A stretch of DNA of 64,000 nt, taken from positions 124,001-188,000 of the forward strand of contig JAUPSS010000002.1 of assembly GCA_040285825.1 (NCBI GenBank). The letters are read 5' to 3'. The position numbers and the translations under genes are program-made. Every line of letters starts with the position of its first letter. The stretch's first letter is position 1. The notes beneath the pieces were generated by a model that was not told the DNA's origin, ran no database searches, and was given only the letters and a program-made list of their open reading frames with translations. The DNA comes from Eukaryota sp. TZLM1-RC. Lineage: Eukaryota > Protista > Metamonada: BaSk clade. Below are positions 35,991 through 47,621 of this stretch, piece after piece.

Positions 35991-36491
35991 ATGTTTGCTC
36001 AAGTGCCGAAAGCTACCTGCTCTGTTTACTCTCCTTCTCGTTCAAAAAACACCAAAAATGTTGTTGAAAGAAAAATTGCCCAGCAAGTTCTATACAAAAC
36101 TGAAATGTGTCGCCTGCTTATCGAGAAGGGACATTGTTCTTTTGGTGATCGTTGCAACTTTGCCCATTGCGAATCTGAGTTGAGACCGAAAATCTGCCAC
36201 CCAAAGTTCAAATCTGATAAGTGTAGATCATTTCACGAAGATGGGTACTGTCCTTATGGAAGCCGATGTCGTTTTGATCACTCTTCACGTCATTCATCTG
36301 CTCCAACTAAACCTACCAGCTCCAACATTCCCTCTGTTTGTATGCGTGGTCCTTCTTCTCTGATAGTGTTCCCAGACCCACAAAATGATGACCAGATCAA
36401 TCGATTGGGTAATGTAGAGAAGTATTCCAAACGGTTACCCTTGTTTGAACGTCTTTGTTCTTCACTGCCCCAGGGATGTACATTAATATAA
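35991..36491 (+). CDS. Tandem CCCH zinc-finger (tristetraprolin/ZFP36-like) RNA-binding protein
   Basis: YKTEMC-x8-C-x5-C-x3-H and HPKFKSDKC-x8-C-x5-C-x3-H; C-terminal RLPLFERL resembles the TTP NOT1-binding motif. Confidence 0.88.
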   Translation: MFAQVPKATCSVYSPSRSKNTKNVVERKIAQQVLYKTEMCRLLIEKGHCSFGDRCNFAHCESELRPKICHPKFKSDKCRSFHEDGYCPYGSRCRFDHSSRHSSAPTKPTSSNIPSVCMRGPSSLIVFPDPQNDDQINRLGNVEKYSKRLPLFERLCSSLPQGCTLI

Positions 36492-37269
36492 TTGTAAAAT
36501 GTAAATAAATTTATTTATTTTAAAATGTTTTTTTACATCACTTAACTTGAATTTTTATTGTAGATTTGATTTGAAAAGAGACGGAAATTCTTATTTTATG
36601 GTATAAAACAGATGCAAATACACTTTTTTAGCTACATCAAAGCTGTTGTGATTACAGATTCTGTAAGATTCTACTCTAGCTCAAATAGACAATAAATACT
36701 AATCCACAGAACTGGAATAATGTAACTCGCCACAGATAACAGTAGAAGAAGAAAGAATAGAAGAATTAGTTCTTCCTATAAAAATCCTTGGAAATCTGGG
36801 GTATTTTGCATTTGGTTATTTGGGCAAAATGTTTGTGTTATCTTGGTTACAATTGTCAGTCAACGATTTGAGGCCCCAGGATGCAAATGTAGAGTAAGAA
36901 CTGATCAAAATTTCGGTTTTAGAAACTTGAATATATTTCTGGACATTCATCAGTTTTCGAATGATTAAGCAGAATCAATAAATGTTCACACAACAGATAC
37001 AACCTTTTAATCTTAATGCTCCACCATTCGAAACAATATAATTTTATTTAAATATCACAGCATTGATTGTTTTGGAATTTCAAAGTGCGAAGACAACCAA
37101 AAGTTATACATAACGAAACCAATGTCATTATTGTGGACAATAAAGTTTATATGAAAATAGATAATCCTGCTTTACAATTAACGTTCGTGCAAAATAATAA
37201 AAACCACAATCTCAACTTTCATTAGTAGACTACATTCCTTGGTCTTATTTGTTTCTTCTCATACTTTTC

Positions 37270-40200
37270 AGAATTTTATTTTTATTCAACAACAAATATG
37301 AAATACACAATTAAAACTCTACATCCTCAAAACCTGCCTCCCCTACATCAAAACAATTAATTGCTAAAGATTCAGAAAATTTCTCAAAAGAAGATAGTGA
37401 ATAAGAAATTAGTTATACCATTCCCTTAAAAATAGAAAATACAATCCTGTTGTGCCAGTAAACACGATTGAAAATTCTTCCAGTTCTTTCCTTTACAACT
37501 ACAACAATATCCTCAAGGAAAGCCATAGCAGCCTTACCTAGAGATCCAAGCAAAGAAAAAACAAAGGGACATAAATTATATTGGGCATGAGATTTTTCAT
37601 TAACCGAGGAAATGGGTTTCGCATATTTAGCAATTTTATATTTTTCGCCTGCAAGAAGAGGATTATTTACATCCGAGTTAATGAGATGTTCGTTAGAGGA
37701 ATTACAAGGGTTAATAGACATGGCGTCCAAAATAGTAAAACTACCATTTAAACCAGGAACAACTAGATCACCTCTTGTCAGACCCATAGAAGCTCTGTTG
37801 TAACGCGTACTATCAATATTGGGATCATCAAGAATTAATTTTGATAACAGCGGTTCTAAAAAGGAATCTACTCGATATGATTTGCACATTACATAAATTT
37901 GGTCCCTGACGTTATTATGCACTTTGCTTCTAAACGTAATGAAATGTTTACAGTTCAAAAAATGAGTAAACAAAAGAGGTTTACCACATTTACAAGTTAA
38001 ATGATCGGGCAAATTGTTTGGCCACAGAAAACAACGAAAACGCATGTTTAGAAGTCATTCATTGTTTTTTAACAAAAGTCCATAAACAGAGTGAACTTGA
38101 GTTACTAAAGCAGCAGCAGAACTATCACGAATATCCTTTAAAAAATTACCGAAAGCGGGATTTTTAGTTTTGGCCAAGCCAAGTCTTACTTCATAATCCA
38201 AGCCTTCATATAATTTAACCAGATGGTGTTGAAGCTTTTTCAAGCAAAAACGTAAATTTGGAAGTGATCGGGTGGGAATTTCTTGAACATTTTGAGGAAA
38301 ACACTGAATCCAGATATCACTAGGCAAATTATCTAATTCGATTTGAAGTTGATTCAAATAAAAATTTGATTCACCATGGATCAGATGAACATCATAAGGA
38401 AACCTTTGAAAAAATTCAAAAACAAAATTTTTTCCACCTCCTAAAAAAGCTGCTTTACATAAAATCGAAGATTTCGTGAAACCAATTCCACCTAAATCAG
38501 CAGAACAAAAAACATGACTTCGAATTAAAGATTCATTTACCTCCAATAATGAGGAAAAAAATTTGACCCGAAGTTTGTTGAAGGATCTACAAAAATCAAG
38601 AGACACTGAAGGAGGAGTTGACCTTAAAATATGAGTGAATTTTCCAGAATAACAAATTTTTAAAAAGGAAAATTTGATGTGTTTTTCAATATCAAATTCA
38701 GCAATAAAACTATGATCCTTGTCAAAATTTTCCAATAAATTGTTCAATTGGGAATAAATTTCATCCAAATTACCTAACCAACATCCAAGAAACTTGAACG
38801 CTTGTTGTTCATAATTAATGAAAGAAATTTGAACATCATCAATCAATAGAGATTGTTCTGTTCTTCCAATCAAGAGACATTTTGTGGGATTCAAGGCTAA
38901 TCCAATGTCTTTGTATTTCGCAGCAATGCCTTCAGAAACCCTGCAAATGCTTTCATAAGAACCAATAATCGAAATGTCATACATATAAGCAACAATACGT
39001 AACTCAGGGAATTCTTTCTGGGTCAATTCAATAGTATTATGAATAGCAAAACAAAAAAGCAATGGACCAAGAGGATCACCTTGTTTGACACCAGAAGAAG
39101 ATTCAAGGGTAAAGGTGTCAAAGATTAAGTCCGACTTTTTTCCATAAAATAAGTAAAAATAGGCTGAAAGTTCTGAAAATTCTTGAAGAAGGACATCGTA
39201 AATGCAATTACGTTTTACTGAATTAAAGGCATTTTTAAAGTCCAAATTGAAAATATATTGATGTTGCTGACTATTGAAAAAAGCATCTGAAGTCATCGAG
39301 GCAACCGATGCACCTTCAATAGTTTTAATGCCAAATTGAAAAGGATTCAAATAGTCCCTTGCCTTAGTAGAAATTCTGTTGAAAATAAGAGAAGAAAGCA
39401 ACCTGGTTGAAGACTCTCCAATAGCAATTGGTCTAACTCCATCGGGTTTGTTACTTTTTCCTGGTTTAACTAAAGCAACTAACCGGGCAGCAGTCAATTC
39501 AGGCGGAGGAACATAATTCAAACACATTAAACTTTGAAAATAAATGGCAAGATCCTCAGAAATATCTGGAGTATTTTTACAAGCAGTTTTTAACAAATCA
39601 AAAGAAATGCCTGAGAGACCAGCAGCTTTTCCTTTTGGCAATTTAGCAATAGCATTGAATACTTCTTGAGCCTGAAAAGGATTTTCGAGCCAATATTCAC
39701 AAATTGGCGGCTTAAGTGGGCAAAAATTTTCAGTTGGATGAAGCGCTTTCAGTTTTTCAACAGTTTCATAATTATTATCAGCCAACTTACCTGAAAAAAT
39801 ATTTTTTAAACCGCTTCCATATCTACCTCTCAAGAACAATTTTCTTGCTTGAAACGATGAACTGGCTTTACTTTTTTTCGGTTTGTAATTAATTGATTTT
39901 TTATTCTTTTTGGCAAAGAATTTCCAAAATCTTGTTATGTTCCATTTGTTTGATTTCAATTGGGAGGAAAAAGAACGCATTTCCATTGACACATGACTTC
40001 TCATACTTTGCTACGTCTTTTCTTATCAACATTTTCACGAGTTTGGTAGACTACAACAAAATGCTGTCAAAATTCTATGAATCATGGCAGCTCGTGCATA
40101 TGTTAGTGTCCAATGGATACTGTCCATTTGCCTTACTTGATAATTATTTACAAAGCCTTCCATTTGTTCACAAAAAGTATGAAGGGAGGAATGTTAGTCG
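37270..40200 (-). mobile_element. RLE-type non-LTR retrotransposon, family B, near full length and inactivated
   Basis: RT ORF 38055-40004 (catalytic YMDD changed to YMYD), frameshift to knuckle/RLE ORF 37413-38045, C-terminus EAGFEDVEF* at about 37311. Confidence 0.88.
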
Positions 40201-41762
40201 CTTCATTGATATCATAGTGACAATTCTATGTATCTTGTGTCTTGATCTCAGGTAGACCCTTTTCCAATAAGAATGAGATCTTGATCTAAAACAGTTGAGT
40301 TGAAAAATGAAATGATTGCATTCATTTTTTTCAGTATTATCAAAAGGATCAGCTTTAAATAATCTAGTTAATCTTTTTTGTAAAGATTTCTGGGTGTATT
40401 ATAAGTTGACAAATTAAAACAATATATAGAAAATCATTTCTAGTATGTTTCCACTAAGTGAGTGAGGAATTCATCGCTTCGATTTTTGTATGTCAATTCT
40501 GGATATTTTTTCATTAAATGCATTAAATTGTGAAGTTGCGTTGCTAATAAATCGTTCCAATTTGCAGATTTTACAGAAATCTCAAATATGACGATCTCAA
40601 TATCCACCAATAAAAGCACACAAAGTAAGAATTGAGGCTTTATTCCAGACTAAACCACCAGTGAAGAGGTGGAAAGAAGTAAAAGGGTGATTTGGCAAAA
40701 AGTGAAAACATCACGCAAGGCAATTCTCAAGTTGTTACAATGTTCATTTGCTAATGTCAAGACCAGAGATGAATACATGACATCTGCACAGATGTGACTG
40801 CTGCAAGATGCTACACCAAAAGATCTATCGAGAAATTGATGGTGAAGTTAAAGTTCACAACGCCTAATTCCATTGTGCGTAATGTAATGAAGTATGGTCT
40901 AAATACATTATGCATCACTAAATAAGCTAGAAATTGTAATGAGTGAGCACTATTATGGAACAAGACCAGAAGCGTTCCAGAGACCACAAAGGGACTAGCT
41001 TCAAAGCTACGTATTGTTCTAGAGGAGAAATGGGCTCACTGATGTTGGTGGCAAATATTCGAGGATTCTAGAACGTCTGTGGACGATCTCACCAAGGATG
41101 AAAGTTCTTGGAATAAGTTTGAATGATGTTTGAAGAAAGTATTGCATTTCGAATGAAAACCAGACTTGGTTCATTCAACTTCAATAACGAGTACAATCAA
41201 AATACCTTTGAACTAAATATTGTAAATGTAAAAAAGGCATTAGTAGAATTTGCTAATTATTTAAAAATACAAAATTTGTTTTGTATGATTTAAGCATACA
41301 ATTATTTTGAGTTTTTACAAGGGGACCTTGGCGTAGTGAGAAAGGTCTCTAGGGAAAATACATACAGTGATTTCAGTGACATTTCCAAGCTGATGGTCAG
41401 TGTCCCATTTAGCGTTGGCAAGAACCATCAGACCCTTCAACATTGTTAAAATGTTTTTCTCATTATCTCAATGGAAAAATTCGTCGTGAAGAACTTGACC
41501 TGAATCATTAAACCCCCAACTATAGTTTGCATGAGGAGGGGAAGTAGCAACACGAAGCATGGATGATTCTGTTTATATGGGTGCTGAAGATCGGAAGATT
41601 CACTGGTTTCCTGGATATCCCTAGAAAGGGTATGAAAGGATGCTTCTGTAGAAACAGTGTGAGAATGAAGATTACATAATTCAAAACATCAAGAAATACA
41701 TAATGCAGATAATGAAAAGTGAGGGAAAAGTAAAAACATCCCAAAAACCATTTTAGTCCATC

Positions 41763-43241
41763 TGTTGGCGCCCTTAGTCTTTAATAATATAAATAGAAAA
41801 TAAATCAGCTTTATCTTAACCCCACTTTTCCAACCTACGGCATCAATAATTATTGGCCATTTAGGTTATAGGTATACCACTTTGACAACACACAGCTTTT
41901 TTACAGAGGATATCTTTAGCAGATATCATTTTACCAGAAGATACTTCCTAGCTTGGTGCCAAACAACGGGAAACAGGCACACCATGGAACTTCTAAGGAA
42001 ACAAGCTGAGAAAGAAAAAAAACATTCCATTAGGCCTATTACTGGTTATTCAATTTTAGTCCCTTTAAAGGAACTCAATGCCTTAGAGGCCGCAGACGCA
42101 TTAATTTGGAACGTTTGCGCAATTTTTGGCAAACCTATGTTAATTCATAGCGATAATGGCCCTGAGTTCGCCGATGAGATTTTCAAGATAGTGTGTAACA
42201 GATTAGTTATTGAGATGAGTAACTCAATACCCCACTACTCTAAAAGTAATGGACTTGTAGAACGTAAACATAGAGACGTTTTACAATGTTTGAGGAAATT
42301 ATTAATAGATTTTAATGATTATGGAAATTGGTCTACCCATATCCCAACTATTAATAAATTCTACTAAAAGCAGAAAAACAGGTTTTACCCCATCCGAACT
42401 TATGTTTGGATCTTCGATTAGTCCAAGATCGAACAATTGCAAATATATTAGAAAACTTATCAAAATTCGATTGCAATATTCTTTTATTTGATGATATTAA
42501 ATTAAAAAATATTCGTCTACAAGAAAAAAGGGAAGAAGCAGAGCGTCACCAAACATTTAATACTCCGACTTCAGTAAATACTACTAATTTGCGTTTTATA
42601 GTATTTGTTGGTGACTATGTTCTTCGTAAAACCAAACAAAATAATAAATTGCATGGATCTTGGAACGGACCATATTTAGCAATAGATCATCCTTCCAACT
42701 CTACTTTATTATTAAAGAATCTTACCACTAACTCCGAATTAATGGCTGCTAAGAAAGATTGTAAAATCTAAAACGCCGAGGATCCTCAGGATATAAAGTT
42801 CCTTAAGGCAGTCGCAGCAGGCGATGCTGAAAAACATGTTATAGAGAAAATCCTCACAGAATATGGTTCTGACTCAGGTAGTTTTTGTACTGTTCAATGG
42901 TTTGGCGGTGAGACAACTGAAGAGTTTCTCCATTCAGTAAAACATTCAGAAGCTTATAAGTTATTTAGTAAAGACAAGAGAATTAGAAAAGTTGGTAAAC
43001 GTACTTCTAATAGAAAAGGTCCTTCCAACGAGTCTAGCGCATCCAAACGGCCTAGGCGTAGTAATAGAAATAAGAAGAATTAGTTTATTTTAATAGTTAT
43101 TAGTTTTAGTTGAATATTCATTATAAAGCCGATTGATTTTGAAAAAGGGGAGAAGCAGCGTTGGTGCCCTTAGGCTTTTATAATATGAATAGAAAATAAA
43201 TCAGCTTTATCTTAACCCCACTTTTCCAACCTACGGCATCA
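41763..43241 (+). mobile_element. Internally deleted, non-autonomous Gypsy element with two 83-bp LTRs and a 4-bp TSD (CATC)
   Basis: LTRs at 41763-41845 and 43159-43241; CATC at 41759-41762 and 43242-43245; PPT at 43141-43155. The interior holds only the leader and a broken integrase-chromodomain. Confidence 0.92.
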
Positions 43242-44196
43242 CATCATTAGTCCATTTTTTTTCTTCCCCCTATCATCAAAATAGTTTTCTCTCCATCCTG
43301 ATTGTTCAAAACCTCCCTTTTCATGGTCCAGGCCCTCCTATTGCTTTCTTAGCCATTATATCATACTGCTTTGCGTTGTCTCCCTCCTCTTTCTTGACTC
43401 TACTGTTGACTCCACTCATTACGGCATGTTTTGAAACATATTGGAGACACATTAGTTCAATTCTCACAATCATTTTGTCTTTTGTTCAATTTGACTTGAC
43501 TATCAGAAGATGTTCACATTTCTATTCTCGTGAAAAGCTTGTTGTCACCTTTAAAACGCTTTTGGAGCTTCTCAGGTGGCCGCTTAGTAATGTCAATCAT
43601 GTACTTTTTTGCTTTGTGCTGGTTGTTCAGTTTCCTTTTAAAGTATTGACTGGTGTTAGTGGAATAGTTGGATAAAGTATTTTTGAATTGTTGTTGTAGT
43701 TAGCTCATTTAATAATAAAAAACGTTTATTCAAGAAAAATCCCAAAACCAAGTTGAAGGTTAAAAACCTGTCAGAATAGGTAACCAGTTGTGAATGGGGT
43801 GACAAGTGCAAACTTGGATAAATAAGCTCATTATTTTCACTACATGTCAGACGCACCTTTTGGTCCAAAAAGGATTCAAAATTATATGGATTCGCTGCTG
43901 AGTGAAACCATCCAGAAACAAGCTTGCACTGAGCCCTACTAAAAATTCATTTTCAGCCCTCCTGAGATTCAACCTTCACAGATGAGTTCTTGTTCATTCA
44001 AAGGTCACAAGGGAACTTTTTCTCATGCAGACCCCCTTACTATTTGGTTGAAAATAGACTACTTGGTCAGACTGACTCTTCCGCTTTTTTGGTTGAGCAG
44101 GGTCAATGTGTCCAAGTAGTCCATCATGAAGTTTTTATAATTTGTTTTCTAATTAATTAGTCAACATTATAAATCCTTCAAGAAAACACAATATCT

Positions 44197-47100
44197 ATGA
44201 ATTTGCTGGTCGTTTGTGGAGCACGAACCTGGAAGCTGTATGTGTTTCACGCATCAGTGTTTCCACCCACAGCCTCTTTATAGAAGGGAGCAATTCATTT
44301 TGTTTTTATTTTAGAGAGGTTGATGTCGTATTTGATAAAATATTTTATGATTGTTTTATTCAAAATTGTATGAATTTAAATTTTTTAATAATAACAATAT
44401 ATATTTTAAAAAAATTAATTCACCAGGTGGAGGGCAGCAAAGTGATGATGCAAAAGACAGGTGGTTAAATGATGAACAATTCAATGTTTTGATCAACAAC
44501 TGTATGAATCACTCATCAACTCCATTGTCACATCACAAAATACTTGTTTGGCCCATTACATCAGCCCTAATGTTTTTCAGGGGATTTGTTCAAGAGGATT
44601 TTTGCTCACAATTCTGGTGACGAAGAAAACACATTGATATTTCTACTCTATAATGATGCATTTCATCAATCAAATTTGGTTGTATCTGTTGACGAACAAT
44701 TTTTCATTGGTCAACATTGGGTACTTGTTGCATTCTATAATCAAATCCAGAACAGTAAAAGCATTTCTTTTTGATAGTCTTCGTCATATTGAAGAACAAC
44801 ATCAAAAAATTAATTCAATAATTTTAAAAAAAAACTTGGAATCAATATCAGTCAGAATTTATGTGAATTTGTTAATCTAAATGGTATGATTGTGGGATAT
44901 TCACCATATTGTTTGCAAAAAAATGATCAATTGTGTTGGGTAAAAAGCTCAGTGATGAGGATGAAATAATTGTCATTTCTGCAAGGAAACATTCCATCTC
45001 TTATTGTGAATCTACAAGAAAGTTTGTTGCAAATTCTGTTTCGCATATTTTTACTCGAGAACAGATTGAATTAAATCTTTGTTTTTGTGATCTTGCAGAA
45101 AAGTCAACAAGCAGAAATGAACATTATTGCAAAGTTGATGATAAAAATATCACTATATCATCATTTCTCTGAAAATGAATTGCTAACTTCATTTAAAAAA
45201 ATATTAGAAACTTATAATCCTCATATAATAAGTGGTTTCAATATTCTCAAATTTGACATCCCACATATTATGAAACGTTCTGAAAATGAGGACATTTCTA
45301 AGGGTGAAATCGATGCTAGTGAATGGTAATTAATAGAATTAAATCACAAACACTTGAACCCTTTAATTACTGGTCGATTTGTTGTTGATACTTGTAGTAT
45401 TTACACAAATTTTTATCAACCACGCAAACTAAACACAGTTTCTACAATTTTATTAGGAAGAGTAAAATTGACCATGATCTTCAGTATATTGCAAAGTTTT
45501 GAAAGGTTCAAGAAGATGATCCCTTCTCAGATTTTTCCTTATCCCAAAGAAGAACTGCAGTTGCAGTTTATTGTCTGAGGGATACAGCTTTAACCATGAT
45601 ATTATTTAATTTCTTTAACAATGACCAATTTATGGAAACTGTTAAACATAAACCTTTGATGGTTATAAGGACAGTTTAAAAAATGTCATCAAAGATCCGA
45701 AAATGATTGACGTGATCGATGAGGCAGTAATTAGGTGTCAGGAAATTTCTATTGTTGGTTTAGAATTCATTTGTGGTTATTATTTGCATCTTTTTGACTT
45801 TAATTCTAATGATATTTTACCAAAAGTTGAAACGCAATTATTTCGTGACGCTATTCTTGTGGTCACATCTCAAAGTGAGGAGGAAAGTTCCCTTAGCCCA
45901 AAGACAAAAACAGCTTTGCAAAATTCTCGTTGTGCATTAATTGTTGGAATTCTATCACCAACACTTTAAAGAAAAACTTGTTCCAAAAGTGTTATCAAAA
46001 AACGGAATAAGTAATATTTTGTATTACACAATTGACAAACTGATTGTGAATTTCAAAAATAACATCCAGGAGCATTACTTTGATTACTTGGATAATAATT
46101 TAGAAGATGAGGAGATCAAACTCTTTCATGCTCTGCCTTTGAAGAATTCTTGTATTCCCTCGTATATCAAAATTGACAAGACAAGTTTATTGGACTTGTT
46201 CTTCGTCGAATTCAAGGACGTTTTTGGTCAAAAATCCTCCTACCAATGCAATAATCAAGCTGCTGATTTGGTTTTATGGAATACCTTCTTGAAAATGGAC
46301 GAGATTAAAAACACTAAACTTTATTCAGAAAGTTCCAAGTACATCATTTCTAGTATCGAGACTGATGAAATAACGGTATCATTCATTCAATCTAGAATGA
46401 ACTAGAAAAAATGCAAAGTAACTGCAAAAGAATTGTAAGATAAAGAAAAATATATTGATGATCCCAGCATCAATCCTTCTGAATTCTAAGATATGACCCT
46501 TGCTGCTGCTGATCCAGGGAAATTTGATCTACTCTATTGTTCTGCCAATTTAGCTACTAGAATGACTCAGTCAAAAAAACCTGAGAGAGATAAATATGTT
46601 CATTTCACGTACACTCAAAATCAACGAAGTTTTGAGTAGAAAAGTTCCAAATTCAAAAGAATAGGAGACAGCATACGGAATGACACTCTTATCACAATAA
46701 GTAACTCTACTGGTAGAGTGATTGATCTATCCAATTATAAACCATCTGAAGAGCAACAACAAAGGATGGATTTAAACAGCAGTATAATTAATCAAATGAC
46801 GGAAAGAACAATTAGTTTATTAAGAGGTGAAGTACCTCAAGAAATCAATATTCCCCACGAAATTGATAACTCAATCAATTTGGGAAACAATGATCACACG
46901 ACTAAAACTGTAGCCGAATCGGAAGCAACTTTATCCCAATTCAATTCCAAAATCTGCAGATTTGACACACTTATGGCATATATTAAACAAAAGAACTTTG
47001 TGAATAGTATTGTTGGTGAAGTCTATCATCAAAAAATCTTTAGAAGACTAAGATGGTGGGCTGAGATTAATCGCACAAAGTCCGAGGCAAAGATGATTCA

Positions 47101-47581
47101 GAGATTCAAATCAGTAATTGGTGATCCAAGCCAAGTAGTTATCGGAATCGGAGATTGGGAACCACGAAAACACATGAAATTCAAAGAACCTACCAAGGGA
47201 AAAGGTTTGAGAATTCTATTTAAAAAGGCTGGTTATAAGGTCTTTTTAATTGATGAGTTTCGAACCAGTTGCTGTTGTTTCAACTGTAAGAAAGCTGAGA
47301 AAACAGTTGAAACATTCCGATGGTGCAGAAATCCTAGGCTATGGAAGAGGCATGAGATGTCTATTCGTCACGGGCTTACCATGTGTAAATGATGCGAAAG
47401 TTTGTGGAATAGAGATCGAAATGCTTCGCTGAATATGTCGGCAGTAATGGAAGCTCATGTAAATGGTGAAGATAGACCGGTATACCTACAGAGAGTCAAG
47501 GTTGATGAAGGTTCAAAGAAAAAGGTATCAAGGAGAAAATCCTCCATTTCTCAGAAACTCAGTCCCTCTCCATCGGTGTAA
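44197..47581 (+). pseudogene. Decayed Ulp1-protease / PolB-type exonuclease / Fanzor gene (element 2)
   Basis: Protease: WLNDE, QHWVLV (~44715), FDSL (~44770), YDCGIF (~44888). Exonuclease: ENELLTSF...PHIISGFNILKFDIPHIMKR (~45170-45280), GRFVVD, KLNTVS..LLG, AVYCLRD (45569). Fanzor: SLKNVI..., KNNIQEHY, EKYIDD, DPGKFDLLYC (46511), YTQNQR, GIGDW, IDEFRTS..CFNC, HGL.MC..C, WNRDRNASLNM, RPVYL. Stop at 47579-47581. The 5' boundary is approximate. Confidence 0.85.
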
Positions 47582-47621
47582 AAGGACACTTATTTCATTG
47601 TTATAGACATCATCTGTAAGA
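47470..47621 (+). ncRNA. Candidate Fanzor omega-RNA scaffold / right end of element 2
   Basis: Overlaps the Fanzor 3' end, as is usual for TnpB/Fanzor. The terminal block is conserved with 52605-52663. Hairpins GTGT-AAAAGG-ACAC and TTATAGA-CATCA-TCTGTAA. Confidence 0.6.

Noticed and set aside
40700-41140. Decayed ORF with a SAP-like (LR..L..NGL..GG.Y..ILERL) or recombinase-like motif
   Set aside because: Too fragmentary to assign; it cannot be claimed as the Fanzor-mobilising enzyme.
41321-41640. Hairpins (GACCTT/AAGGTC, CTGATGGT/ACCATCAG) suggesting a structured RNA
   Set aside because: No family-defining motif; equally explained as decayed coding sequence.
44900-45650. Polinton/Maverick or giant-virus DNA polymerase gene
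   Set aside because: No polymerase palm motifs follow ExoIII, and no capsid, packaging ATPase or integrase is linked. Viral ancestry of the domain remains possible.
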